Shown here: piece after piece, positions 51,690 through 64,000 of the stretch
How positions within the stretch are numbered: position 1 is the stretch's first letter
Layout of the letters: every line of letters begins with the position of its first letter
Origin: Octopus vulgaris
Taxonomy: Eukaryota
Assembly: GCA_951406725.2 (NCBI GenBank)
Contig: OX597814.1
Coordinates: 23,808,001 to 23,872,000, forward strand
Reading direction: 5' to 3'
DNA length: 64,000 nucleotides
The notes under the pieces: model-generated
Seen by the model: only the letters and a program-made list of their open reading frames with translations
The model's database searches: none
Told to the model about the DNA's origin: nothing
Translations under genes and position numbers: made by a program

Positions 51690-52700
51690 TGTAGAGGAGG
51701 TCCATGATCCAAGCAGAAGTATGTATCCAGGAGGAAGAAAGAAAAAGGTGAAGAGTTGTGGAACTGGTATCTCAGGAAACCTAGTCTAAATACAATCTCT
51801 CCATGAAGAAGGTCATGGACAAACCTGTAGAGACAAGGACCTCCCTATATTTCCTTCCTGCTACAGGTAGTGTATGACATACACCTTATGCCAACAAAAC
51901 TGCACAAATGGGGTTTGAAGGGAACCAGCTGTGTAGACTTTGTGAAGAAAGAGGAACCTCGGCACGCATCTTATCAGGGTGCAAAATGGCACTTACTCAA
52001 GGGAGATTCAAGTGTCACCGTGACAAGTTGCTTGCAACACTCACTCACACCTTGGAGCAAGAAAGGCTCAAGAAACACCATCAGCAGTTGAAAACAACGG
52101 CAACAATCAAGTTCATAAAAGGAGGAGAGAAAGCTAGTAAAGACAGCAAGAAGGACAAATAGTCTACTGCATGGGGGTGCAATCATGGTATGGAGGCACA
52201 TGGCCTAGTGGTTAGAGCAGCGGACTCGTGGTCAAGGGACTGCGTGTTCGAATCTCAGACCGGGCGATGTGTGTGTTTATGAGTGAAACACCTAAGCTCC
52301 ACGCGGCTCCGGCAAAAGGTAATGGTGAACTTCTGCTAACTCCTTCAGCACAACTTTCTCTCACTCTTTCCTCCTGCATCTTGCAGCTCACCTGCAACGG
52401 ACTGGCGTCTCGTCCAGGTGGGGAACCTATACACCAAGGAAACTGGGAAACCGACCCTTATGAGCCAGCCATGGCTCAAGAAGGAACAAACAACAATCAT
52501 GGTATGTGAAAGTAGACCTAGAGGAAAGACTACATTGCTCCAGTTTGTCCATACAACCCTGAGGCCAGATGTAGTTTTATGATCTGAAAAGACAAGGGAA
52601 ATAACTTGATCAAGCTTACACTCCTTTGGCAAGAAGGATAAGATCAAGTCTTTCAATTGAAGCATGCCAAGTATAAAAGCCTTCTGCAGGATTGGAGGGT
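51690..52700 (+). mobile_element. HERO-like (RLE) non-LTR retrotransposon remnant, split by a SINE
   Basis: PTKLHKWG..CRLCEERGTSARILSGCKMALTQGRF..RDKLL (zinc knuckle region) and TTLRPDVVL.SEKTREI...KLT (PD..D/ExK nuclease). Confidence 0.75.
52191..52493 (+). mobile_element. tRNA-derived SINE (405 family) with TSD
   Basis: TSD caatcatggta(tg) at 52180 and 52494. Confidence 0.9.
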
Positions 52701-53689
52701 GAAGTAGAAGTGGTGAGCTGGAGAAAGGAGAGGAAGGGGTGAGATAGATGAATATTGTGAAAGGGAGCACTATTAGTGGGATGTATACACATATATATGT
52801 AATACTATACAACACTGATGCCATTAACAAAAACCGTTATAGGAAAGCAGTTGAGTGACAATATAACAAATAGGTTACTGTTTCATCCAATCGGTTCACA
52901 TTGGAATTAGAATCAGCTCATACGAAATAGCAAATATTCAAGTCAAACTATTCACTGATGTATGCTGATTCAAGAAATGGTTTATATGGATATTTACAAT
53001 GATTAGTTAACGTAATTATTGTGGATAGTCATTGTGCTTCAGTAATAATTACACTAGGGACATATTTAATGGCTGAAACGAATTTCCTTCGAGCTAAGTT
53101 CTAATGAGATAATATTTATTAGTTCTAAAATGCCAAAACTTTTCTGGAAAATTGAATTCTCTTATCTTCATAAATTTAACTATGATGTAATCATGATAAA
53201 CTTTCCACACACACTTAAACAATTTCCTATTGAAGCATAACGGAATATTTTGAATTCAGAATTTTTGCATCTAAGAAACATTTTTATAGCATTTAAATTA
53301 TATATTTTTTTCATAAAATGATACCTTACAAGTATTCAAAAGGAAATTTCCTAAACTTGAAGACTTTATTAAAGGCTTTTTCCCATGAGCATTAGTTTTT
53401 CAAACTAGCATATTCACTTCGCTTAAATACGCTACTTTGAACTGCTACACTTCAGGTAAAAATAAAAAGAAATTTGGAAATTCTTCTAAGGTAAAAATAA
53501 TATTTTTTTAAATGCTTCTAATTCATTGATTTATGAGAAAATATATATTAAAGTAGAACTTTTTTCTTCTGATTTGGTCGAGTTTTGTATGGTGTGTAGC
53601 AGTTTCATATAGGAACATTTCCACATTTCCCCAAAACAAGGTTTTAAGAAGTTATAACCTACTCTCATACCCCCAACGAATGTATCTCA

Positions 53690-55480
53690 TGTAGTTGACT
53701 ATTTGTTCTTCTTGCTCTCCTCACTTGCTTTTTCTTCCTTTCATGAAATAGATTGCTACTGATGTTTTTCACTGCTGATGGTGTTTCTTAAGCCTTTTTT
53801 GTTCTAGGGTGTGAATGTTGCAAGCAACTTGTCATGGTGTCACTTGTATTTCCCTTGAGTATGTACCATTTTGCACTCTGATAAGATGTGTGCATGTGTG
53901 CCCCATTTTTCCACTAAGTCTGCACAACTGTTTCCCTTCAAACCCCATTTGTGCGGGTTTGTTGGTGTTGAGAGTGTGTCATACACCACTTGCAGCAGAA
54001 AGGAGATACATGGTCTTCCTTTTAGAGAAGTTGCATTTAGTAAAGGTTCCATGAGATACCAGCACTGCAGCTGATGACCTCTCATCCTCCCGGTTCTGTA
54101 TTTCTGCCTGGATCATAGCACTCCTCTACTTGATATCCACTTTCTTTCATTAATGGAAATGGAAGAACCAAGACCATACCATTCTCTGCATGTTATTCCA
54201 GTGATGTTGAGTAGCTTCAGGATGCTTTCATCCAGTGCAACATTGATGCTGACCACCCACTTTTACCTGGATCTAGTTGTGATACCTGCATGTCCATCAT
54301 CCCCAGCTTAGGAGTAACTGTGCATCATTATGACTCTACATTTTACAACCTTGAATTCCTCCATCATGGTGGATGACAGAGGAAGTTGGAGCTGTCCAGA
54401 TTTTATGTACAAGTCTACTGAAGTGAGGATTGGAGGGACTCCTGGCCACCTTTGGAGGTACTTGTTAACCATCCTCTCCACTTTCTACTCTTATCATTGG
54501 ACTCTCATATACTGTCAATAATCATATGAGTCTTGTAAGCTGTTCATATTGGTGGAGCCATGCCTTGTATTTTCCTGAAAGCCCTCATCTTTCAGTCATC
54601 CTCAGCCACTCATCTGCTGGTTTCTCTGTATTGGTGGCATTGTCTCTGTCTAAGAGTGAAATGTCAAGCTCTTTTCAAGGCATTTTGTTGTACTTTCCTC
54701 TATTGATGGAATAGCCTCTCTCCTTGCACTTGCAGCTTGGTTCTATTTATTAATTTGCCTCTCCTCACCATACTACTAGATTTTGGGGGTTTAAACTTCA
54801 TTCTAGCTCATGTTGCCATGTGTTCAAGTGGAGTCAGCACCTGTTCCACCCCACATGGGTTCTGGATGTCGCTAAGATTATGCATGAAACTCCTTATTGG
54901 ATGTTGTTGACTGCCTGGTTCTACTGTTGCTCCTTGGACTTCTTTAACAGCAGCTGTTATGAGAAGATTCTTTCCAGTGATAAAATGGATGGGGAAATTT
55001 CTGCAACCAGTTATGATTCCTAAGATATTTCAATGATTTGGCTTTTGTCCTTTCTTAGAAATGTTTCTATTAGTAAAAGACCATGTCAGTAATACCACAC
55101 TTCACATCTCCTTGCAAGACCTCAGTTGTCAATAGGAAATAGGCAACACTTCACTTTGGCTTTAATTATTTCCTGTCCAGTATCCAAGTGAGAATTGAAC
55201 TGGGGATAATGTGAGGACAAGACATTATATACAGGCTGCAACATGTTTTGATTTTGATGTGCAGTCAGCAGTACTGGGTTAGCTCATCAAACCTGAAGAA
55301 TTGTTTCGTCTAACTTTCCCTCCCTCCAAGTAACTTCTTATGCCACTGGAAACCAGCTCCATAGCCATCATAAGAAGAAATGGAGTAATGGTGCCATCAC
55401 AACACCTATTTCTAATACTTGTAGGTGGCAGGTCATAAAGTATTCAATAGTTATGGTTCCTGTCAATCACCTTACTAGCT
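53690..55480 (-). mobile_element. Second HERO-like remnant (RT to zinc knuckle)
   Basis: Minus strand: PFLLMMAMEL, RMKFKP, GKYKAW, VNKYLQRWPGVPP, VYDTLSTPTNPHKWG, HILSECK..TQGKY. Confidence 0.75.
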
Positions 55481-55502
55481 GTTACCAACTCACATTGCTA
55501 TC

Positions 55503-55736
55503 TTATTTCTTTATTGCCCACAAGGGGCTAAACATAGAGGGGACAAACAAGAACAGACAAATGGATTAAGTCGATTACATCGACCCCAGCGCGTAACTGG
55601 TACTTAATTTATCGACCCCGAAAGGATGAAAGGCAAAGTTGACCTCGGTGGAATTTGAACCCAGAATGTAACAGCAGACGAAATACCACTAAGCATTTCG
55701 CCCAGCATGCTAACGTTTCTGCCAGCTCGCTACCTT
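55503..55736 (-). mobile_element. tRNA-headed SINE (32611 family), well preserved
   Basis: Minus strand reads ..gagctggcagaaacgttagcatgc...gggttcaaattcc..gaggtcaactttgcctttcatcctttcggggtcgataaattaagtaccag. Confidence 0.85.
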
Positions 55737-56259
55737 TGTTATCTATCTCCACAATCTTCTTTTGTATAATGGACCTTCATCTCATTCATGGTCCTATCCC
55801 GCTCTTTGGCCACCGGGAGTTGTATCATGTATTTGTTACTTTCAAAGGGCAGGTTTGTGGATGATGTATGCATCCTTCTCGTTAGAACACTATGAAAGAT
55901 TTCTTATTATGTGAATTTTTCACATAGTTTTACTGTCTTTGCAGGCTATCATATTACTTTTACATGAGATCAGCTCATCTTTCCAGAGCATCACATTATC
56001 CTTCCAGAGTACTCACCAGCCTTTCATTTTAGTCATCTCGCTCAAAGCTTCATATACATGGGACATTCTTCAAATAGCTGTGTGGGGATCCCAATGTTTT
56101 AAGTACCTTCCAACAGTATCGCTTCCAGTAGCAGTGTCAAGCTACATGGATATTGCAAGAGAATGGTCGGGTTCTTTTGATCAACACCATAGCACACATT
56201 TTTACCCATCATCCATACTGCCATTATAACAAACTCAGGTAAGCTGTAATCACTTCAAC

Positions 56260-57548
56260 ATTGCAGCAATTATTGAATATTTGTTCTTTACTCTTAGTTT
56301 TTTCATTTTTGTTTGTTTACTTGCTTTTTTTTTTATCCATATTGAAGCAGTTCTGTTTCCTTTTCCTGAATCACTGATGATTTCTTTGATAAACCAGTAA
56401 TTTTTCGAATTAATTAATCTTAAATTTTGATATTTTAATTGAGAATGTCAAGCATTGTTATAAGCAATTTCTTCTTTTTTGTACTATTCCTTCTAGAAAT
56501 ACAATATATGTTCATTCTTTCACACTGTGTAGAAGAAAGGTCAGGGGAATAAACTGGGTGGGGAAGAACTTCGTAGCCAAGTTCCCTCAACTTCTGGAGC
56601 CTCATTAGTGAAACGTGGTCGAGCATTATCATGAAGAATAATTGGTTCTCTTCTGTAGACCAGTCTGGGATGGAGAGTAGCAGTTTTTCATTCAACTTAG
56701 TAATTTCATAGCAATATGTTCCTGCAGTAATGGTTTTCCTGGGTTTTAAGAAGTTATAGTGGATGAGTTCAATAGAACACTACCTAACAGCCACCATAAC
56801 CTTCTTTTGAAGTGCTAAGGTTTAAGGAAGGTTTTTGGTGCTTCATTTTGGTCCAACCACTGTGAAGAACGCTTTTTTAAAATTATTGTATGGAATCCAC
56901 TTTTCATTAGAAGTTACAATACAGTAGAGAAATGGTTCAGTCTGGTTACGGAGAAGAAGCAATGAACAAATTTTGTATCTGTGCATTTTCTGATTTTTAT
57001 TCAAATCATATAGTACCCATATGTCGAGCTTTTATGATTTTCCAATCACATGCAAATGGTTGCAAGCAGTTTTCAGGCAAACTTGAAGTTCTTTTGCCAT
57101 TTCTTAAGTGGTTTTATGTGGATCTTTCTCAATGACAATCTTTAATTGACTGTCATCGATGACAGATGGGTGTCCACTATGCTCACAATCTTCATGGCTC
57201 AGGTCTCCACTGCGAAATTGTTTAAGCCATTTTTGAGCTGACCACTCACTGGTCATTTCCTCACCAAACATTGTGTTGATATCACAAGCAGTTTCAGCTG
57301 CTTTATGTCATTTTTTGAAGTTGAATAGCAAAATTGCTTGAATATCGTACTTTGACAGCTCCATTTCAGATGATTGTAACAATGGTGAAAAATATATCAA
57401 TGTTAATTTATTGATGCATTTGGGCAAGTCTATGTTTGCATTATCAGATATTTGCAAAAACATGCTTAAAATAATTTAAAACTCTGCAAAAATCCGGTAC
57501 GAATTCTTCATGGTTCAAAGTGTTGCTTACTTTTTACTCAACCTGATA
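56260..57548 (-). mobile_element. Decayed mariner (DD34D-type) transposon
   Basis: TIR tatcaggttgagtaaaaagtaa. ATG near 57364 begins MELSK..AILLFNFK. Further motifs QFRSGDLSHED, IVTSNEKWIPYNN, QWLDQNEAPK and HPVYSPDL. Confidence 0.85.
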
Positions 57549-60187
57549 TGTAGGAGCCCACTGTTTGTTTTATGCAGTGTACAATGTTGTAACAATTGTT
57601 ATGTTCTAGACAAGTAACATTTCTTCATTTCATTTCTACTGTCTAACGTTCTGTGTTTTGAGCAAGTTGGGCATGTTTAACATGAGTAATAAGAAATGTT
57701 TATGAGAAGAATTTGTGAAAGAATGCATGAAAAGTATTACCATTTAGAATACATCAGTCTAACACACACTTTAACAAAGGTTTCAGATTTCATATTCCAT
57801 ATTCTTCTAAAATGCATAATATCTCCATAGATAAGCACATTGTTCTATCATTGGGCATAAAGTAGCAGCAGAATGAGTCCCTGGTGACACCAAAATGCAT
57901 TCCAAATGTTCTGAGAGCATCAATATTCAAAACAAAGACTGGAAAGCCACGGGAGTAAAATGAAGAAACTACCCAAGCCTTACAAAGGAAACACATACCC
58001 AATAGATCAGACGAAAATACTGCGCAGAAACAAAACGAAAACAAATGACAACTGTTTGATAACAAAATGCTACATCATACTAAATTAGTCGTACAAATTT
58101 CAACTAATTTTGTTACAAATAATATTTGTTAACTTCTATCAGATAAATTTGTTGAAGTTAAACATTCAAGGAAAAGTTATATTTTGTTTGTTATTTTTGA
58201 TATTTCACTCATTTTTATTGTCTAAGATTTCAATCTTCTGTTTTCCTAACAAATGTTTCAATTGTGAGATTTGTTTTCTTATTTATTCCACCTGAAATAT
58301 AGGCTTACATTTTACAAACTGAAATGGAGTTGCTGATTTTAAAATTTATCTATGTATTTATATGTCTATTTGTTCATTTCCCATTTTTCTCCTTGTGTTC
58401 ACTTTCAATCACAGTTCGACAGGAATATTTTGTACAGTTACTATATAGCTCCTACTATGGAGTTGGTAAATACTGAGAGCCGTAATTGAGCAAGCTATGT
58501 CAGCTCTGATCATGAAGATCTATAACCTAAAAGAAGAAAAATTTACTGGACATAACCATCCTCTTCTTTTTTTTCTGGGAGAACTCTGAGATATAGGTTT
58601 TGTTCTATGCCCATTGCCACCTCAGATCTTTTTGCATGTAAGGCTTCTTGTGTAGTGTGACCTAGAATTAAAACCTCACAGCTCTTATAGCTGGGCTCAT
58701 GTTCGGATTTCTGACCAACCGGCTTGGGGAAATAACTCTCCAAATCGTATCTATGATATTTCCTGCACAAAAGGGTTGATAAAAGCGAAAGCAAGCCAGA
58801 ATCAGGCCGAGGTTGAGAAAGCCACCAGACATACATTCTTACCTCTCAGCAAAAGCAATCCAGAGAGAGTGGCATAATTCAAAAACAAAGAACAAGCTCT
58901 TATTTCAACAAGTTTACCTTGGCTGAAGTTCAGCCTCATGTTAACAAGAATCCTTCAACTAGGATGGAAAAGCATTACACCTAACTCTTGCTTGAAGTTA
59001 ATCTCTATTATTAGTAGTTTAATTACAACTACATTTGAGCTCACTACATTATGCTACTGGCAAACAGTGATGTAATTATGTAAATATTGTAATTTACTTC
59101 AACAAAATAAAATGTTATTTCAACAACGTTCATAATCAGTTATTTATGGGACAACACACAACTAAACTTAATACCAATGAACCAACACCCATTTATCAAT
59201 GTCACTCTTGTTTCTTCACCTCTACAAGAACAATATGGTGGATTGATTACTATACTGAGTTACACAAATGGTACTATAGTTGTTAAATATCTATTCTATA
59301 TAATTTCATATCTAATAGTCAAAAGAGTATTAAATACACTGAAAGTATTTTTTCAGTTTATGATCACAAATTGAAAGAGAAAAATGATCGTAAACAATCA
59401 ACATTAATATCCTATAAAGGAGTTTTATCAGAATTATATTTTTAATGTGGAATCCCTGTCATGAAAGATAGAAAACTGTAAAAATTTAGAATAAAAAATA
59501 CGTGTGTGTGTGTGTATTTTGATTATTAAAAATTTGGAAAGTTATTTTTTGAAGGAAGAAAGTGGCAGAGTGCCTATTCAATATGTCCAGATATTGTGTT
59601 CAACAGGCAATATTTCCATTTGGGATCACAAACCAAAAGATTGCCAGATATACATATATGTCTATAAAAAATAATATATTTTATAAATCTAGAAAATTTA
59701 ATGATTCTTGCTTGTTTTCATAGTCTTTTGAATTTACAGTCATTTGCTTTTTGGCAGAGGATTGGTTCTAGAGAAATAACTTGTGTCCATAAGTTTTTCA
59801 GATGCTCTACCATTGAGGCTGATGTGGTTAATGTGTATTTTGAATTGCTACAAGCTGATAACTGCAGAAAGAACACATACAAGTGGGGAATTCCTGTTGG
59901 TTAACATATAAAGGGTGGAAAAGTAACCAGTGCAATGCCTAGGGGCAGAACAATATGGGTAAGAGAGGAAAAGAGAGATATAAATCAGGAGTGGGTGTAG
60001 TATCACTGATTCAGCTGTTATTTCTAGTAAATCTATGATATTAAGGCAGCTTTTCTATATTTACACTTCACAGAAGTTTCACTTTGCATTTGATGGTATC
60101 TTACAATTTTGCTTTATATGTGCTTACACATTTTTTACACTTTCACTTTACATTCATCTACAATAATTACTAAGCATCTATATGATT

Positions 60188-60448
60188 GTGGAGGCACGTG
60201 GCTTAGTGGTTAGGGTGTCAGCATCATGATTGTAAGATTGTGATTTCGATTCCTGGACCAGGCGATGCATTGTGTTCTTGAGCAAAACACTTCATTTCAC
60301 ATTGCTCCAGTCCACTCAGCTGGCAAAAGTGAGTAACACTGTGATGGACTGGTGTCCCATCCAGCTGGGGAACACACATGCCATAGAAACCGGGAAACCA
60401 GGCCCATGAGACTGTCTAGGCTTTAAAAGGGTGCATTTATTTATTTTT
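60188..60448 (+). mobile_element. tRNA-derived SINE with 12-bp TSD
   Basis: A box tggcttagtggttag, B-box-like ttcgattcc. TSD atctatatgatt at 60176-60187 and 60449-60460. Confidence 0.9.
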
Positions 60449-60976
60449 ATCTATATGATTACATGAGCAGCTACCAAATAGCTACCAAATCTCTTTCAAT
60501 GATATCCCACTAACTTTTAAAAGATAGGATGCTTTGGATAATGTGGTTTTACACCACTGAACAAAAGAAGGGATTTTCACTTTTAGGCTACCCGACTTGG
60601 GGCAAAAAAATGAAACAGGGAAGGTAAAAAATGTTACAAAATGTCATGTCTTTTAAAATGCTACAAGTTAAATTGCCTGCACTGTCACCTTTTGGCTATA
60701 CTTTTACAAGAAGTTGGTTTGGCAAGATTGTTAGGTTGGGGTGATGAGTGGTTAGTGAATTTGGATTTGGCAGTGTGTTATTTCCCCAAAATAACCAAAG
60801 CCATTTCTCTGTCACAAAAATCATCATTGCTGGTAGACAGTATAAGCATTAGGGTTACTAATATGGAAGATTGTTGGTTTGGCTTCAGTTTTTGATGTGA
60901 GCTCATCAATAAGGAGAAAAATTTACTGGAGGTGAAATATTGATACAATGTTAGGCTGTATGTTGAGCCATAACAT

Positions 60977-61192
60977 GATGGGGTGCTGAAAAGTTCCTCA
61001 ATTTGGGTAAAAGAAAATACAGGAGGATCAATTAATTATGATTTTATTCAACATATTCCCCTCTCAGATTCACACATTTATTGCAGAGGTCCTTCAGTTT
61101 TTCTAAGCCTTGTAAAAGAACTCAGAATGCTGAGTCTCACACTAGGCCTTTTGCAATACCCTTAAAGCTAGGAATTTTTCAGCACCCTCTTG
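60977..61192. mobile_element. Mariner-type MITE (second copy)
   Basis: ggggtgctgaaaagttcct ... aggaatttttcagcaccctc; reverse complement of 40017-40235. Confidence 0.85.
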
Positions 61193-62959
61193 CAAAATCA
61201 ACTCCAGTGTTGTTTGAATAGCATCCATTTTTAGATAAGTATATAGTAATATTTATTTTATTACATAGTTATTTACCAGTAGTGTAAGTGTGAGAAAGAA
61301 ATGTTTTGGGACTGCAAACACAGTTTTTCAAGAGGATGTTTAAAGCAATTTTCATTGCCTCCATGCCAAATTTTAGTGGAAGTACTTGCACCCACATCAC
61401 ACCCTGTTCTCAAGCCTATGGCCAATAGAGTATAATGGTATGATTGAAGCAAATATAGTTCATAGGTACATTAATAACAGAAAAGATTAGCTTCATATGA
61501 AAGGCAAAAATAACACTCTGTCCATCATAATCAAAGGTTCCATTAATCCACTACTGAACTGCAACCAAGGAAACTTCTATGTAAAGGACTTGTCTGTGCA
61601 TCCTATGTTTACCATTGGTTTACCTTTAACTAAAACTTGCCTGGCTGCTTATTTGTGTGGCAGAAAGTGATGATATTGTTCTTGCCTACTTTATTGCTTA
61701 AATAACTCCTTGTTGCACAGGAATTACTGGAACATGCAGCACTCATCAAAAGATATCCTATTTTAAAATGTTTTGAATAATGAATATATGAACACTAAAC
61801 AAGAACAAATGTGAGGAGCTAACAATCAAATAAGCAGTCGTTAGTTTGTATCCTGATAAATTTTTGCATCAAAGCTTAACTCTCAACCAATACTTTATTC
61901 CACATAAGTTACAATTAGCTAGGAGGCTTACAAGAATAGCTGTATTAAATCTGCATTCATATCTAGATAAGATTTCTCTCTCAACTGCTTAAGGTTTCCA
62001 AAACTAGAGATAAGCACCAAGTTCTTGGATTCTAGTAATTCAATAAAAATTACCATTTTTTCTGAGTAGAATGTATTATAAATTCGTTAAACACATTATT
62101 CTATTGCAAACGGGAAGTTTTCATCACTCTAGAATTCTTCAATACCAAACAAAACTTCTTTCTATATCTATTAAATGACTAAAGGTCTCATGCTTGAGCC
62201 AATTTTCTGAAATATGGGCAATTATTGAGCGTTGAATTTTTCCATTTATCAAATTTTCATTTGTTTAATTTTTTCATCACGTAATTTCCTCTTTGGCTAT
62301 ATCAGCACTGAAGCTTCTGACTGTTAATATAGCTAGTAGTCTGGAATAAAGCATCTCTAATAATAGCCTCTTGTAATAGCTCAAATTAAAAAGTATCAAC
62401 ATACATTTGGAAATAAATGAAAAGATTCCAATAATCACAAAATTGAAACAATACATGGTGCAATTTATTGTTTATATATATTTTATTGATTTAATCAGCT
62501 ACTTTTTTATTATTATATTGGTTACATAGTTTAGTGTTAGAAAAATTCATTGTAGAAACTAGACAGCTATTTTAAGTTATACAGTTGACTAGAATAAATT
62601 TTTCCAAAATATATTTATGTTATTTCATAAATCAGTTAAATGAAATACATGAAGATATATTTGAATCATTTCCTTGAAAATTTAATATAATTCATGTCAG
62701 GAAAGAGAAATATTTTATTAACCATAATGGGAAAGAAAAATAATGTTATTATGTTTAAAAATAAATGAATTAGTGAATTTAGTTTTTTAAAATTTACAAA
62801 AACATCTTTCTTTATGTCATTTTAAATTTTCCTGTTAACACTACAGTGTTTTGAAGACATTGTAACACACTGGAACTTTTCCTGATTTTTAAGATATTAA
62901 GTTGTTGAAAGAAGGGCAGAAATGACTAAATGACAGACATCCATAAAAGCAAAATCTTA

Positions 62960-63375
62960 TTCAAGTGCAAGTCATTAGGCATTGTAACTTAGTCTATCTG
63001 TATAGCAAAAACTGTAAACTTTGCCTACCAATTTCATCTTTAGGATTCAAAGCCACGAAGGTAAGGGCAATCAGTACATTGATTCTAACTAGGGACAGGA
63101 GAGTCAGACATGCTAACATGATCATAAAGTGTAGCAGAATGTGGAAGCCCTAGGAATCTGCGAAGGAAGCGAAAACACACTGGAAGCACTATGAGGTTGT
63201 TGGAGCAATCTGTCAAGAACAGCTAGAGCTTAGCAACTACAACTCTAAGAGGCAAAAAAATACCTATTCCAGAAGCATAGTGCCATGTAAAGGCAGTAAG
63301 GCTGTCCCACTCAGGTAAAGCATACAGATAAAGGGGTAAAATGCTTGGGACCTTGAGATACTTGATGGGGATACA
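62960..63375 (+). mobile_element. Third HERO-like remnant (post-RT region)
   Basis: LYSKNCKLCLPISSL.FKATKVR....RD..VRHA...RMWKP resembles the LY..KL.LP.SS..EFK..K..D..V..GRKW segment. Confidence 0.55.
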
Positions 63376-64000
63376 GAACGGTTTTGGATATTGAAATGGA
63401 TTCAAAAGAAGAGCTTGAAAAGCCTGTGGGTAATTTCTGCAGTTTTCGTATCAGGCAAAGCATCGGATCTTTGCTGCAATTCTTATTTTATTGCTCCTTA
63501 ATATTCATGAAATTATCTTTTGTATAATTTACTTCTAAAACATTTTAAGGTTTGTTATAATAGCAGAATCTTTAAATTCTAAACCTATAACACAAATCTA
63601 AATTCATGGTAAGATAAGTCAGCTGCTTGGCTTTAATTTTGCTTTGGAATTGTTTTACTTTAAATTGTAATTGCCTGAAGAAAAAGATAATATCAAAACT
63701 TTTTGCACCATTTCCTTTTTTAAAACTTCTAATTTTCAAAAACAATTATTTAATGTAATATCAACTTTTTGTTTCTTATCTAGAATTGATGAATCTTTTT
63801 GATAATGTGTCACCATAGGAAATAAAAAGATGTCTGCAAATTTTTAGAAAATTTTAGTAGAATTATAGTAATGATTTTATCAAAGCATTACTCTTTCTAA
63901 CTCCAACCACATGGAAATAGTTTAAAAGGAAAGTGAAAACTTAAAGAAAGTTAAAAATCTTTAGAATGGAGTATTTATAAATTGAAATGTGATAAAATTT

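Overview
AT-rich eukaryotic DNA with many (TA)n, (AAT)n and (GAT)n microsatellites and no recognisable host gene. The repeat families look like those of an octopus/coleoid cephalopod; this is recognition by eye, not a database result. The window is a nested mosaic of mobile elements. It holds a 5'-truncated, frameshifted RTE-clade LINE (APE + RT) with a C4HC3 PHD-like finger inside the RT and a hairpin-repeat 3' UTR, plus several tRNA-headed SINE families, some with clean TSDs. It also holds remnants of CR1, HERO-like RLE, Gypsy (including a solo LTR), Penelope-like GIY-YIG, Helitron, mariner/Tc1, pogo, hAT and piggyBac-type elements. The most striking signal is a set of short non-coding modules inside (TA)n tracts that carry minimal hammerhead ribozyme folds with unrelated stems (about 10.3/10.7, 11.05, 17.16, 18.73, 19.1 and 38.07 kb). 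One is a near-perfect 331-bp inverted repeat that can be rebuilt as a 5'-inverted insertion of a ~489-nt retrozyme-like unit. Another joins a tRNA-type Pol III promoter to a hammerhead. All folds and alignments were done by eye. Boundaries without TSDs are approximate.
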